A stretch of 64,000 bases of DNA from Lytechinus pictus (Eukaryota): assembly GCF_037042905.1 (NCBI RefSeq), contig NC_087261.1, positions 7,440,001 through 7,504,000 on the forward strand, read 5' to 3'. The notes beneath the pieces were generated by a model. It saw only the letters and a program-made list of their open reading frames with translations, ran no database searches and was not told the origin of the DNA. This document shows positions 1-14,600 of the stretch, in pieces. A program made the translations under genes and the position numbers. The stretch's first letter is position 1, and each line of letters starts with the position of its first letter.

Positions 1-2023
1 GTTTTGTTTTAATACTCCTTTTTTTTAGCATTGAAACATTTTTTCAATCCGTATTTATTATAATAAATGGAATCTTTGGATCATTTGATAAAACAGAGCG
101 TATTTACGGTCATTGCAAAAAAAAATTGTTACGTTTCATTATTATTTTGCCCCCAATTTTTTGTTGTTGCTGATATGCAATTCGAAATAAGCTTTGATCG
201 CACTTGGGCAGGTACGGTAGGTACGACTATCATGACTATATAGCATTACACAAAAACAGTATTTTAATAACATTTTTTATTTATTTGATTGCATTTAATT
301 ACATTTATCTTCCATATTAAGGGTACGGTAAAAATAAAATTTTACATACGTTGGATCATAATGTCAAAATCTATCCGAATTCAAGTTAAGAGAATGAAGT
401 ATAAAATGTAATTGCCTTGATAAGGGAAGAAGGAAGCCTTAACAATTACTGCTCTTTTTTTAGTTATAGATAATCGAAACCCTATCAATAAATGATTACT
501 ATTTGCATTACCACATTACCCAGATATTCCTAAGGCATATCAATTTATTTTATGGGAATAAGAGAAGTTGGTATAGCATAGTGGTATGATGTACCAACTT
601 GAGTTTTTCATTAATATGTATTCCATTTCTGTCACGTCTACCATGTCTGTTGGTATCGGTTTTGAAACCCTGCATAGAATATCAAGGGCATCTTGTTGTT
701 AATACTACGTTATCTGCCTTTTGATTATATTCTCGTTATTCTTCTTTTCAATAAGACACTGGTGATTGATTGTTGGTATTATTATTTCCTAAGTATGTCC
801 TTAATCTAATAACTATATATTTGTTGTAGTCAAAGATAATCAAGATAAATATGATTCATTAAATGTGTTCATGCTTCCTTATTATCGGTTGATCGATTTC
901 TGATAATCCCCCATTTATGCCATTTATCTCAATTATGGATGCCAAGATAAATATTTCACTTGAATTATTTTGATAGCCAATCCAACGAGATTGGTAATTA
1001 CGTTTGTTGTCTTCTATTTTGACAGTCCACATTGGACTAGTATGAAAACCAACTATGAAAACCATCTATTCCACCTAATGTGCATAAAGAGCGGAGACCG
1101 GTTTATATAGCGTCCCATCATACAAAGTTTTCGCAACCATGACGCGGAACACTCTCGGGATCGTAGAGAATGTATTGTCAAATGCCCTTCATGACATTAA
1201 AATGAAGTCTTTGCCGAGTATTGCTGAATCAAAGCAGTGTTTTTGTCCTGGACTCTGGACAAACGACACATTTGCAATGTTTCGTCTGCTCCGAAAAGCA
1301 GGACGAATCTGCAGTTCCGATTAAAAAAAAATCAGCAAAGACCTCCCGGCTGCTCGTTGTGATTTGAAGGGCATTTTTTGTATATGTTTTATAAATTTTG
1401 TTTAACCCTTCCACAGGGTTCCTTTATTGACAATACAAAAACACTTCTTCACAAAACATTTTTATTCATATACAAAACATTTAACGAAAGATGAGTTTAT
1501 ACAATACATCCATGAATCGTACATATTTATTTTAAAAAAAGTAGAAAAGTAGACTAAAAAACATTTGTGGAACTGATACCACCTTTTTTTCGAAATATTC
1601 ATGTCTTTAAGATTTGTTTTCCATATCATAATAATTGTTCATCACTATCAAGATCTTTTCAAAGGATGCTATTTGATTATTACATTTAGCAAATAAAATT
1701 TATTTTCTTACAACGAACAAAACACAATCTAAGGCATTATTATGGCCTCTAATTAAACCAAACAGTTTATTTTGATTTGTGAGTTTTATTTTATGTCTTA
1801 TAGAAATAAATCAACATAATTACATATTTACTAGATTGGAATGATTCAAAATAAGTATAAAATACACCCCCCACAAAAACACACACAAAAAAAAACTAAT
1901 AATGATAAGGGCCAAGCATATAAAATATTTTCATTTACTGGGTTATTGAGTTATTCGTGGGAAGCGAAGACTCCCTGTCCGTCGGTCAAGGAACGGACGG
2001 CCTTTGTCATGTTCAAGTTTAGA

Positions 2024-2103
2024 CCAATGAGCGCTCAATGGTTCTGCGCACGGATAAAACTTTGAAGTCATACACCCAAGGAGGGTTTTCCGCATCATAA
2101 ATA
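2024..2103 (+). promoter_or_regulatory. Candidate adhesion GPCR core promoter (CCAAT + TATA-like)
   Basis: CCAAT at 2024 and CATAAATA at 2096, in a locally GC-richer patch ~430 bp upstream of the signal-peptide ATG. Confidence 0.3.
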
Positions 2104-2526
2104 GCTGCAGAGCTGATAGCGGACAGACACAATCAAGGTCAGAACTCTGTTAGCAGTAATTCCTTTGGGATGTTTTGATGTATATTACATCGTCTACTGT
2201 CGCTTACGTTGGTATGACTTCAAACATTAAACATTCAAACATGTAAATATTCTTCTTGAAGTCAGCGGATAATACAGAGTACACTAAGAAACTACATTTT
2301 AAATGTCAACGTTGAGACTAGAAAGATTTTGCTTCACTGGTCCCTTCTTCATACAATTTGGATTTTATTTTGGAAGAGCAGACATTTAGTTGGAAAAACA
2401 TACAGACACACCACTTTAAATATTTTTTTGACCAAGGAGTAAGTAGTCAATATCTAAAAGGACTGATATCAAGATTCCATTTTCGATGTCGGAAGGTGCA
2501 TCGCTATGTAGGAGTGTAATTGCCTG

Positions 2527-2638
2527 ATGAAAATTATGGAACGCTTGACCCCACTTTCGTGTCTCTTGTTCGTCGCCCTGGTCGGAGGCTCGTTGACCAC
2601 GGATTGCTCGAGATCGCCAACGGAACAATGCTCACAAA
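2527..2638 (+). CDS. Adhesion GPCR exon 1 (signal peptide)
   Basis: MKIMERLTPLSCLLFVALVGGSLTTDCSRSPTEQCSQ has a hydrophobic h-region. Donor GTAAGC at 2639 is phase 1 and matches the WSC exon. Not in the ORF track. Confidence 0.75.
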
Positions 2639-5600
2639 GTAAGCAATCAAGTCATTGATAAAATAATAATCTTCCTAATTATTATTTTGTGTTAAGCATA
2701 TTTTCAGAGAATAAATTAAAGAATGTTTACCAAGAGGTGTGCCCGCCTCTTGATAGAGGAGAGATTGGGGTCGCAAGTCAAATTACTTTATAAACTTTAG
2801 ACCCTCTGCACTGGAGCCATTCGCGCGGCGATTGTGAGTGCATAGTACGGTTTGACCATAGTAGGCCCATACACTCAAACATTGTCAAATGTAAGCGAAT
2901 AGCTATATTGGTATTACTCTTTAAAAGGATTAGCCAAATAACGAAAGTATTGGGGAATTCGTTTTTCACTAACAAATTAAAGGTCAAAACTAACAAAAAA
3001 ATATGTTACCTCTATTATCTAATTTTTGGGTCTCATCAGATTGATCATTTTTACCAATAAGCGCATACGCCTAACATTATTTTGGTACCGCAAGATTCAA
3101 AGATGTATTGGTTGTCTGGGCAAGTCGCTTGTGAGAGATTTCCTCTGGAAATGAAAATTATAAACATCATGAATAATGACCAAGTTTGTGTATTTGTTTT
3201 AAGTTCTAATGTTTTACTATAGTGGTCACACAGAAAAATAAATATGTGACTGAAGTGTCAAGGGATATGATTAAAGACCTTTAGCCAATGAAAATAAAAA
3301 AATCGTTAAGTTGAAAAAGTATGGGCATGACTGATGGGCTTGCTGCGGAAAGACGCGTCCAGCCGGAACGAAAAACGGAAATACTTCAAAACCATAGGTC
3401 TTTTTTTTATAAACATATGTATAATTACTTGGTAAGAAAGGACATTAATGAAAATAACAACTTAATGGTAGGATTAGGAATCTGGTCCTTGTACTTAACT
3501 CCAGTCTATATAATAAACATATACAGTATTTTGCCTGTGTTTTATTTCATAGTGAATTGTAATATTCCAGCGTAACCACATATAAAACAAAAAGTAACTT
3601 AAACGCCTATTTTGGGACTCAAATATCATACATTAACCATTGTTTACGGACTATAGAGAATTTATTCTAACAATTCCCTCGATAAATCGAATATTTCTGC
3701 TGGCATTACCAAGAGAAGATTTGTAGCTGATGTGGTTTGGACACTAACTATTTCCTTTTTATTTTATGTCATGAAATATGAAATATATTGATCTTTTTAT
3801 AATTATAGATATGATGATAAACATGCTCTTGATTATACCTCAGTCACATTTGATCTACGGCGGCCGTACGGCGAGTCGAAAATGGCCGTTTTATTATTAT
3901 TTTTTTTATAATAGCTACATAATAGGTAGCTTGAATAAAAATTAATAAAACGGCTGTTTTCGACTCGCCGTACGGCCGCCGTAGTGCAAATGTGACTGAG
4001 GTATTAAGTTGAGTCGGAAGAAATTACAATAATGGTGATTATGGGCGATTCCATGCAAGAAAATTCAGCCATTTTCACAACATTTTTCAACCTGCTGTCC
4101 AAACGAACGAAGAATTTCAATTTGCTTTGTGGTAATATTAAAGTACTACTGGGTAGACATGCAAAAAACTGACAACCAACAAAAATATGTTGTCCATAGG
4201 TGAATTAGAGCTTAAAATGTTGCGTGTCGTACGGGATATTTCTGCGTCCCGTACGACACACAACATTTTCACCTATGATTTACCCATAATCAATTTGTTT
4301 GTGTTGGTTATTAGTTTTTCACATGACTACTCACTATAGCTTTATCATAGATAAAAAAAGAATATTTTATTGCTCAAGCATTCGGCTAGAAAACTAGAAA
4401 TTGTTGTCTAAATGTCTTGTACGACACGTATGGAATCGCCCTTTACGTTGGCCTGTAGTCTAACTAGACCATGCAGGGGTCGTGGAACGGTCATATATTT
4501 ACGTTTTTGTACAGAGATTTTGAAATAGGTGGGGGCGGGGCACCCCCGATTAAGATGCCCCTGGCATGGTCTAACTCGGTGCTAGAATAATGGGAAGCTA
4601 GCAAATAGAGTATTAAATAACAAAATTTGGGAATACGAAATTATCGGAAAGAACAAAGTAGGGGCATGATGAAAAATAATGTTTTGCCAAACTAATTAAG
4701 CACATTGCTAAATAACGTATCAAAATGAATAATTAGAAGAAAATGAATAAATTAAATTGTGCCTCGTAAAGTATATCTAATTACAATTGTTTGTATAGTC
4801 AGTGTTTGGCGTGTGTTTGGGGAGCTATATTTCTCCAATTGAAATTTCTCCGAAGGGCACAAAAATTCGGTTTGCATTTTTTGTTTCCAAATTCGTTTCC
4901 CCAATTTACTTTAATGATTAAGAACACTATTTCAGATATTATTCCAAGAAAGTTATGAATTTTAGGGACTTTTGGGTAAAAGTGCTCCATGAGGGTAATT
5001 ATGTGTCCAACCAACATTTGGCATTTCTTTGGGCATTTTTATTTATCCAGTGTGATGAAAATTTTGCCCATTCTAAAGTAATTGCTTCCTATATATGATT
5101 TAAACCTTACTAGACAATATGCTTGTCGCATTGGGTATAATATTGCCCTAAATTAGTTGGACACATTATCACCCTCATGGTGGAAAAATTTCACTAATTT
5201 TTACAGTGTATAAGTCGTAGATTCGATAAATCATGATTACACTACTGTTTGATTTTGCCAAAGCTCCTTCATTAATAAGTCTATATAAGCTCCCTGAAAT
5301 TTCCCGCGTACACGGAAATAGGGGGAAATAACAAAATTCGGGAAGAGTGCGAAATTCATATCGGAAAGAGTAAATGTAGGTGCATGATGAGAAATAATAA
5401 TTTGCCAAAATAAAGCATATTCCTAGTTAACGTATCAAATTGAGAAATTTAAAAAAATGAATAAATAACATTGTGCCTCGTCAGGTAATTTTTATCAAAT
5501 TTGTTTGTATAGTGTTTAAAGTGTGTTTGGGGAGCCATATTTCTCGAATTGATATTGCTCTGAAAAGTACGGAGTTTGCTTATAAGAAAAATCTGAAAAC

Positions 5601-8600
5601 TTTACATTCAGGTTCTATTGCATTTCATGAATATAATACTTTTGGGAAAAACATCATTATCATAATTTTGGTAATCGGTGCTAAAGTCTATAACATCTCT
5701 TGATCATAACAATTACTTCAATATTTTTTTTCATTCAACATCATTATCATAATGATGATCATGATGATAATCACGGGTTTGAGAAATAATGAGAAATGGC
5801 GTTAATGTATCTTTTTAAAATGCCTCTCGGAATCATTTTGTTACGATAATAAATGTTCATGTCGTTATGGTAATTGTAAATCAATTAGATCCTTAAAGAA
5901 CAATGAATCCTGATGAAAATTATCTTTCCAAAAAAACATATAATCATTTTTTACAAGGTAAATACGTTTTCTGTGTTATTTTCGGTGGGGGCTTCAGTAT
6001 TTCAGTGAAATGACACTACATTAAATAGATTATTCTCATTCTAAATGATTTTTTGCTTAGTTTTACAAAGTGCAAAGTGTTTTTTTTTTTGGTAACATTT
6101 TTGCTACATTAAACCGTTAAACATTTATAATACAAAGAGAAATTTACTTTGATATCAAATTAATATCATGGTTATTGCTCAAGTTTCGAGCATCACATTA
6201 CACGTTGTATTAATTGATGTCCTATTATACTTATTTTGATTCCCACGGTCATCAGATGCAATTATAAACTTTACCAAAACAACGCCTGCTTGTCTATACT
6301 TCCCAATATAACAACAGCACAGAGTGGGCGAAACACCTTATATTTATGACCCTAAATAAGGATGGTATAAACGATACAATTTTTAGATCAACAAAGTATA
6401 GGTGTATAATATTATTGTCCCTATTGCAATTACATCATCTTGAGAACGATATTAATTAAACATGTTAAAGCAACTTGGCAAATGTGTTTTCGAATTATGT
6501 TAAACACAATTTGCTGAACGGATTGTGTAATATAAAGTTTGCAGACTATTTTGTGCACGGCTCTTACTTTCTTGCTAATGTTGTAGGTTACGATACTTTT
6601 CTAAGACACAGACAGATGGTACACAGATGAAAAAGATAATATAGTTGAATTTCTATCCGAATTAACCTACCAATTTGAACAACTCAAGCAAAAACAAAGA
6701 ACCCAGTTTATTAACCTCGGGAGCGTTTCATTACTATTTTCATCCGACAAGTTGTCAGATATAACAACTTTCCTTGATTAGGATTGGCTGAGAAGCACTG
6801 TTACCATAGTAACTGTCGGATAAAGCAGTACGTGTCGAATAAAACGTCCGACAAGTCCTTTCATGAAACTCTCTGCAGGTTTATTTATTTAAAATGGAAT
6901 GTGTCGAATGAGAATGAAACCGCTATTGCAAGACTTATTCACAAATCTAGTCGATTCGGAAAATATTAGTTAAAGGACAAGTCCACCCCAACAAAAAGTT
7001 GATTTGAATAAAAAGAGAAAAATCCAACAAGCATAACACTGAAAATTTCATCAAAATCGGATGTAAAATAAGAAAGTTATGACATTTTAAAGTTTCGCTT
7101 AATTTCACAAAACAGTTATAAGCACATCCTGGCTGGTATGCAAATGAGGAGACTATGACGTCATCCACTCACTATTTCTTTTGTATTTTATTACATGAAA
7201 TATGAAATATTCTAATTTTCTCCTCATTGTCAAGTGATGCAACGATTAATTCCTCCCTGAACATGTGGAATTAGCATTGTTTAATACTATATGGTTCAGT
7301 CAAGTTGGTCCTTATTGTCACATCTATAAAAAAATTAATTATGTATAATTCAAACAATAAAAAACAAAAGAAATAGTGAGTGATGGACATCATGGACTGA
7401 CTCACCTAGTTGTGCATATCACTGTTTTGTGAAAAATAAGCGAAACTTTAAAATGTCATAACTTTCTTATTTTATATCCGATTTTGATGAAATTTTCAGC
7501 ACTATGCTAGTCTGATTTTTCTCTATTTATTCAAGTCAGCATTTTCCTGGGGTGGACTTGACCTTTAAGTACTCACAAAACAAACTACACTGTTATATGA
7601 AAATTTGACCCTGTCTTCATATATATTTTTTTTAATGGCAATCGACATGTGGGCCATGATTACTCCACCGATACTATGACTTAGTATAGTTATGTTGCCC
7701 ATTTTTACATTGATTAATTTATGTACATAATTCTATAAAGATCAACAGCAAAAATTGTACAAAAACAATCGAAAACAGTCGAATAAATCACAATAAGGTA
7801 GATAATATCCAGAAGGTATTCATTCAGCATCCCCGCTAATATTTCATCATGTTCATACTGATTATCGAACATATATGAACATGATAAATGCAAAATATAT
7901 ACGAACGCTGTAACTTGTTATGGGTTGCGTATTGCATGTGCTATTTCTGAAGTACCATTTAGGGACAAATCATGTTTTGACGGAGTTTCCTTAATGCGTG
8001 TAGCGAAAGGGTGATAAACGGTTAGAAAATAACTATCAAAATAATAAACACGTGACGTATAGGATGCAATCTGTGTTTTGGTTGGTTAATGACCTATATG
8101 TAGTTGGTGTTTTTTTAGTACAACAATCGTGTTCTCGTCGTCGTTACAAACGTTAGTTTGTAACGCGTTATACCAGAAATTACTTTGCAACAGGAATGTG
8201 TTGTATTCGCAATGCACATACGATATCTTTGGGTAGTTAATATTTTAATTGTCTAGACCTAGCAGAATAAACATAGGAAGATTCAGGGGGGCCGAGGGGC
8301 CCGCCCCCCCTCCTATTGGCGGAGCAAAAAAAGAAAAAAGGGGGAAAGAAAGAAAAAAAAAAGGAAAATGAAGGGAAAAGAGAGGAGAAAAAAAGAAGGG
8401 GAAACATAAAAGGAGGAAGGCAAGTGAATAAAATAAGATGAGGGGAAGACTTGAAAAATAATTTTTAAAATCTTTTATGCCACTGTACAGTATAAAAACT
8501 TCGCTCGCGCTTCGCGCTCGCATTGCCTTTGGGTGATTTATATATCTTGCTCAATATGGAGCTTAAATATCATATTTTTGTAGTCAATATAATAAACATA

Positions 8601-11600
8601 TTTCAGCTCGGATATTCGAACTTTCATTATTTTGCTTCATTTGCAGATTGATTTTTAAAAAGTGCTCTGTAAGAATTTATGTTTTATCTTTTGAATATCA
8701 ACATGTTATGCTCGCGCTGCGCGCTCGCAAAATTTGATTTGTCAGGTACCTATTATTTTCCTGTATTCCATAAAGCTTTCAAATATTCCTATTCAGGTCA
8801 AATTGTCAAAATGTAATAGCTAGCGCTGCGCGTTTGCATTTTGATTGGTGATTTGATATGTATATCTCAATATTAATTACCAAACTACTAAAGATCCCCA
8901 TTTCATGACAGTTCATCACAAATTTCGGCTCGCGATTTGCGCTCGCATTGATTGTTGAAAATATACTAACTCATGCATTTTATTTTATAATTAGGAAGAG
9001 AAATATGAAGATAGTCATCATCTTCATATGATGACATAATGTTCTTCGAATGTCCCTGTCCTATGTCAAAACTCAAAGTAATAATAATGAAACATATCAG
9101 ATCTTGCTTTTAACTTTGATTCATATCCACCTCATAATTTTCCTACAAGGTGCTTGGAATACAGAGCTTAAATTGACCCCTTTTTCAGATTGGAATATCA
9201 AATATTTTAAGCTCGAGCTTCGCGCTCGCTTTATTGATTTTCATGATGAAAAAAGGGTATTTAGAATGCCCAGATTCTAGGTCGAAATCTGAGATACGCA
9301 GCTTGTTCTCTATTTAAATCATTATGAACCTATATCCAGCATGTCCAGTTTCAGATCAGAATATCAAAAAATGTTCTGCTTTCCCTTTGCGCTCGCATTA
9401 TTAATGTAGGAAGATACCAAGTTATACCCAATTTTTTCATAATTTACAAAACATGAAGAGAGTGTCCCGTTTTTAGGTTTGAAATCTCTTTTTTTTTTCC
9501 GCTCGCGCTTCGCGCTCGCATCAATTGTTTGGTTATATATAATTATACCGTTCATGATTACAAAAAGTGCACAGAACGTTAATTTTTTAGGCCGGAACGT
9601 CAAAAAAAGTTTCAGCTTGCGCTTCGCGCTCGCATTTTTTAATCATTGAAATATCGTCTTAATGGCTAACTGCAAATCGTCCTTAACAGGTCCCTTTTCG
9701 ACAAGGCCAGAACGCATTATAAAAATTTCTGCTCGCACTTTACGCTCGCAGTAATTATCTAGTTACATACGCATCATCTTCAGGTTTACAAACATTGCCC
9801 AGAATGTTCAACTGAATTTTAGGACAAATTACATGAAATTTCAAAATTACTTAGCTCGCACTTCGCGCTCACACTATTTTAATAGGGCTTATGAAATTAT
9901 TACACATTTATGTTGCTATAAGAATGAAGCTAAGAAATTACTTTTAGGACACGGGCGTTTTGCACCCCCCCCCCAAAAAAAAAAGGGTGAAATATGATAT
10001 CATTTTCCAAATATTATGTTAAAATCTATCACGAACTTGGATTTTTGTAATAAAAATGTTAAACTTTTTGCTCGCTCACTCGTAACTTCTTATTAATTTT
10101 CGCGATACGCCATTTTGAGCCCCCTCAAAATGTTTGGCTCATTATGCCACTGGGACCATTGGCGGCGGAGCAGAGGATTATGTTTTGTGTTTGGGGAGAC
10201 GCAACAATAGGCGTCCCCCCCAAAACACAAAAGATAATCCTCTGCTCCGCCGCCAATGACTGGGACAACCCCTTCAAAGAAACGAAACAAAAATCAACTT
10301 TGAGCGGCCGATCGGGGAAAATGTGGGTGAAAAAAATCCCCCCCCCCCTATTGGCGGAGGCTGGATCCGCCACTGGAATAAATATCTAATATATGAAAAA
10401 AACTATACTTTTACACAATGTGTGAATGTTTTTGTACTCGGGTTTTTGTAGCAGCTAGGAATTATCATGGACCTTCTCGGGAAATAAGACCTTAAAAGCG
10501 ACTAGTTCTTGAGATTTTTGGTAGCGACCCGGCATACCCGGTGAGTTGGAAGGGGGGGGGGACAACCGTCTCTCATAATTTACAACATGTACAATTTCTG
10601 AGGGAACACCTTCCCTGACCCTACTCAAGGATGGCCATCAATGCCAGACATACTAAAAGACCATTCACATCGAATGAAATCTCTTAGATTTACCTCAGAT
10701 TTGGCCTTCATAGCCTTATCAGTATCTTTTTTTTTTGTTATCTCGGAGTGGTAGTGCCTATCTGAAAACCGTTTTCTCTCAGTTTGTATTGACCGCAATT
10801 CATATCTAGTAGAATAAAATAAAGGACTATACATGTAGGTATTAAGGTCTACAATCTAATTAATAACAGAAAGTTCCGTTTAAAAAAAGTGACACTGCTG
10901 AACAATGTTGAAAAGGGCACCTTTACCCTTCTACCCGGTACGATTTAATTGCAAATTATTACACATTTGTGTTGCTATAAAAATAAAGCTAAGAAATTAC
11001 TGTTAGGACACGGGCGTTTTGCCCCCCCCAAAAAAAAAAAAAAAAAAAAAAAAAACAGGGTGAAATATATTATAATTTTCCAAATATTATGTTAAAATCT
11101 ATCACGAACTTGGATTTTTGTAATGAAAATGTTAAATTTTTTGCTCGCTCACTCGTAACTTCTTATTAATTTTACGCAATACGCCATTTTGAGCCCCCTC
11201 AAAATTTTGGGCTCATTATGCCACTGGGACAACCCCTTCAAAGAAACGAAACAAATATTTTGAGCGGCCGATCGGGGAAAATATGGGTGAAAAAAAATTC
11301 GCCCCCCCCCCTCCTATTGGCGGAGGCTGGATCCGCCACTGGAATAAATATCTAATATATGAAAAAAACTATACGTTTACACAATGTGTGAATGTTTTTG
11401 TACTCGGGTTTTTGTAGCAGCTAGGAATTATCATGGACCTTCTCGGGAAATAAGACCTTAAAGCGACTAGTTCTTGAGATTTTTGGTAGCGACCTGGCAT
11501 ACCCGGTGAGTTGGAAGGGCGGGGGGACAACCGTCTCTCATAATTTACAACATGTACAATTTCTGAGGGAACACCTTCCCTGACCCTACTCAAGGATGGC

Positions 11601-14600
11601 CATCAATGCCAGACATACTAAAAGACCATTCACATCGAATGAAATCTCTTAGATTTACCTCAGATTTGGCCTTCATAGCCTTATCAGTATCTTTTTTTGT
11701 AATCTCGGAGTAGTAGTGCCTATCTGAAAACCGTTTTCTCCCAGTTTGTATTGACTGCAATTCATATCTAGCAGAATAAAATAAAGGACTATACATGTAG
11801 GTATTAAGGTCTACAATCTAATTAATAACAGAAAGTTCCGTTAAAAAAAAGTGACACTGCTGAACAATGTTGAAAAGGGCACCTTTACCCTTTTACCCGG
11901 TACGATTTGATTGCAAATTACTCTTCAATTACACTGAAACAATACAATAAATTCATTTTTTCTTCGAACGCAGTTTGTACTTTATTGTATTTTATTATTG
12001 CCATTTTCTTTAGATGCTGATCGATAATAGATTTTGTTTTGTGTTCGTATTCATTTATTGAAGCTTTATTTTCCGAGAAACAATTTCTTGTAACCCTTTG
12101 CTTTCCCATTACTACGATTATCTGATTTATTGTTTGAAAACAGATTTCACAACCATTGGATGTCGCCATAAAGATTGCTTTAACCCAGTCATCACCATAT
12201 CTCGACCCAACATGACCACCCCTCTCTGCGGGAACACATGCGCGAGTCGTGGTTTCTACTATTCCGGGCTCGTCAACGGGACCGAATGCTGGTGTGCCAA
12301 CTCCCCGCCTTGTCAAGAGGAGATGTACCGAATGGAAGATAACATTTGCGGTATGCCCTGTCCTGGAGATGTCAACGAATTCTGTGGAGGACAAAATGCT
12401 GTGCAGATTTACTCGCATCCAGGTAAACCAATGATTGCAATATCGAATGGGAACAAATCGAATTATTCAAATAAATAATTTGCGACAGTCGAATAATATG
12501 CTGTCGTGATCATGATAATGACAATAAAATAATATACCGCTCTTATATAGCGCTTATCAAGTGAGAGCTCATATTACCCCTCTCATATTGAATTATAGCA
12601 TGCCCGCATACAGTATAAGCACAACCACCACACGCTGGAAGTATCCCAGCCATGATCTGTCATAATTATGCTTCTTTAATCCAACGACATTGACGTTCGG
12701 GAAGCCATGTAACAACTGGGTAGAGAGTGGCCAGATTAGTGTAAATTGATGCCTTGTCGATAGAGCCTGGGTACCATATCGCGTGGATGGTTCATTCTGA
12801 AAGTGGATAAAAGTATGTTGGCGGGAAACTTAGCACCAAAGACAAGTTAAAAAACTTTATTATTGGTAAAGCATTTTTGAGGAGACCCTGTATCCCTTTC
12901 TTCTTGCACTAAATTTGATTTGAAATGTATTTTGAGTAAAATATATGTAAAAACATATAGTCAGATTTTTCGAGTATCTACAATGTATATCATATCCCAT
13001 CTCTTTTTCAAGATAGTTACGGTACTTATATTTGCTCGGTAAACATCACGAAAGGCATTTCCCCCAAAAAATCAAAGAGTGAGTTGCGAGGTATTTTTGA
13101 ACGACTTTATATAACGACGGTATGCGACTTTTGCTAGATCTACATGGTTCCATTTTGTGGTGACTTCTATACAGGTAAACACCCTGTGGTAGGGGATTGG
13201 TGGTTTGATGGCCCACGCACCATTACGGAGTGCGATGCAACCAATGTCCTCAACATCGAAGTAGCCATATCGGTCACCGGTCACACCCTACAAGGCAGTT
13301 GGCAGTTGGACACCTGGAGCACCAAAGACCCATATGCAGATAAACCTCGGAGATACAACGAGGCTGCCCTATCCCTTTCCTTGGAGAACGCCTCGACTGG
13401 CTCACCACCTAATACCATTCATAAGGAGATCAGTATGATCATGTGGGACACCAGCAGAGTACCGTCCTGCGCGGATCTCAGGTTCCTCTGCGTTTGGCTT
13501 CGTCGCATTGATTTATCCGTTGACGGTGTTGGCTTTCAGCGCTCATGTCATGAAATCATCTGTGAGAGTGAGTTCCTCCACAGACTGAGTAAATTGGCTT
13601 GTGTCCTCACATTGGGTTATCGCGTCGGCTCGGGCAATCGCGTATATGCGACCATTCCAGAAAAAGGGCCACCTAAATTCCCGAAACGTCGTGTCCACTT
13701 TACCCGACCATCCGATAATTTTGCGATAATTTTTCGCAAAACATCGGGTAAACTGGACCCGACCTTTCGGGAATCAAGGGTGCCGTTTTCTCGAATGGTC
13801 GTGTAATCTGGAACCAACCTTTCGGGTATTTAGGATCCCTTTTGTCGAATGGTCGGGTTACACGATTGCCCGACAAGAAACCGATTTGATTACACAATCC
13901 AATAACACTGACACTGGTTCAATGGCAATCAAAATTCAGTTTTAGCCGATTTCAAATAAGTCGTTAAATAATGAATTTTTAGGTCTATACGTACATGTTC
14001 CACGCATTGTTGTACATCTGGGCCCCGTCTTACAAAGAGTTACGATTGATCCGATCAATCGTAACTATGGACGGCCAGCAACGTCAACATCTATTTTACA
14101 TGTTTGTTCAAAATATTTTCTAGCTAGGATGTATATTCATGCATTCAGTTCACTGCGCTTCTCTTTGCATACAGAGGACATTCTGCAAGTTTGTAGTATG
14201 AACAAAATTATGACTCTGATGGATTTCCATAGAGTTACAACTGATCGGATCAATCGTAACTCTTTGTAAGACGAGGCCCTGTAACCACGTTCATATAATA
14301 CAAAAACATCTGCGTTTATCTAACACCAGCTCGGTTTATATACAGGAAAACACCAGAGAGGCGTCGAAATGTTACGAGTTTGGCTATGGCAGTGTTTGAG
14401 CTTTTACACCAGGGTCCCGTCTTACAAAGAATAACGATTGATCCGATGCAACTATGGAAATCCATCATTGTCATACATTTTTCTGCATGAAATGTGCACA
14501 ATGTACTCTGTGAACAAAAAAGAAGCACACTGAAATTTGAAGAAACGATTAATGTATGAAAATACGTCATTATCAAGAAAATATTTTGAAATAAACAGGC

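Noticed and set aside
250-1830. Possible decayed retroelement coding sequence
   Set aside because: Only vague fragments were visible and no diagnostic motif could be read with confidence.
6588-6630. Possible extra adhesion GPCR exon after ttgtAG
   Set aside because: The phase-1 frame soon reaches TGA, the donor is weak, and the model is complete without it.
10625-11796. Duplicated small ORFs MYSPLFYS...
   Set aside because: By-product of the intronic tandem duplication, with no recognisable domain or splice structure.
13568-13806. C-terminal part of ORF 13144-13806
   Set aside because: It lies beyond a consensus GTGAGT donor and reads into a MITE-like repeat.
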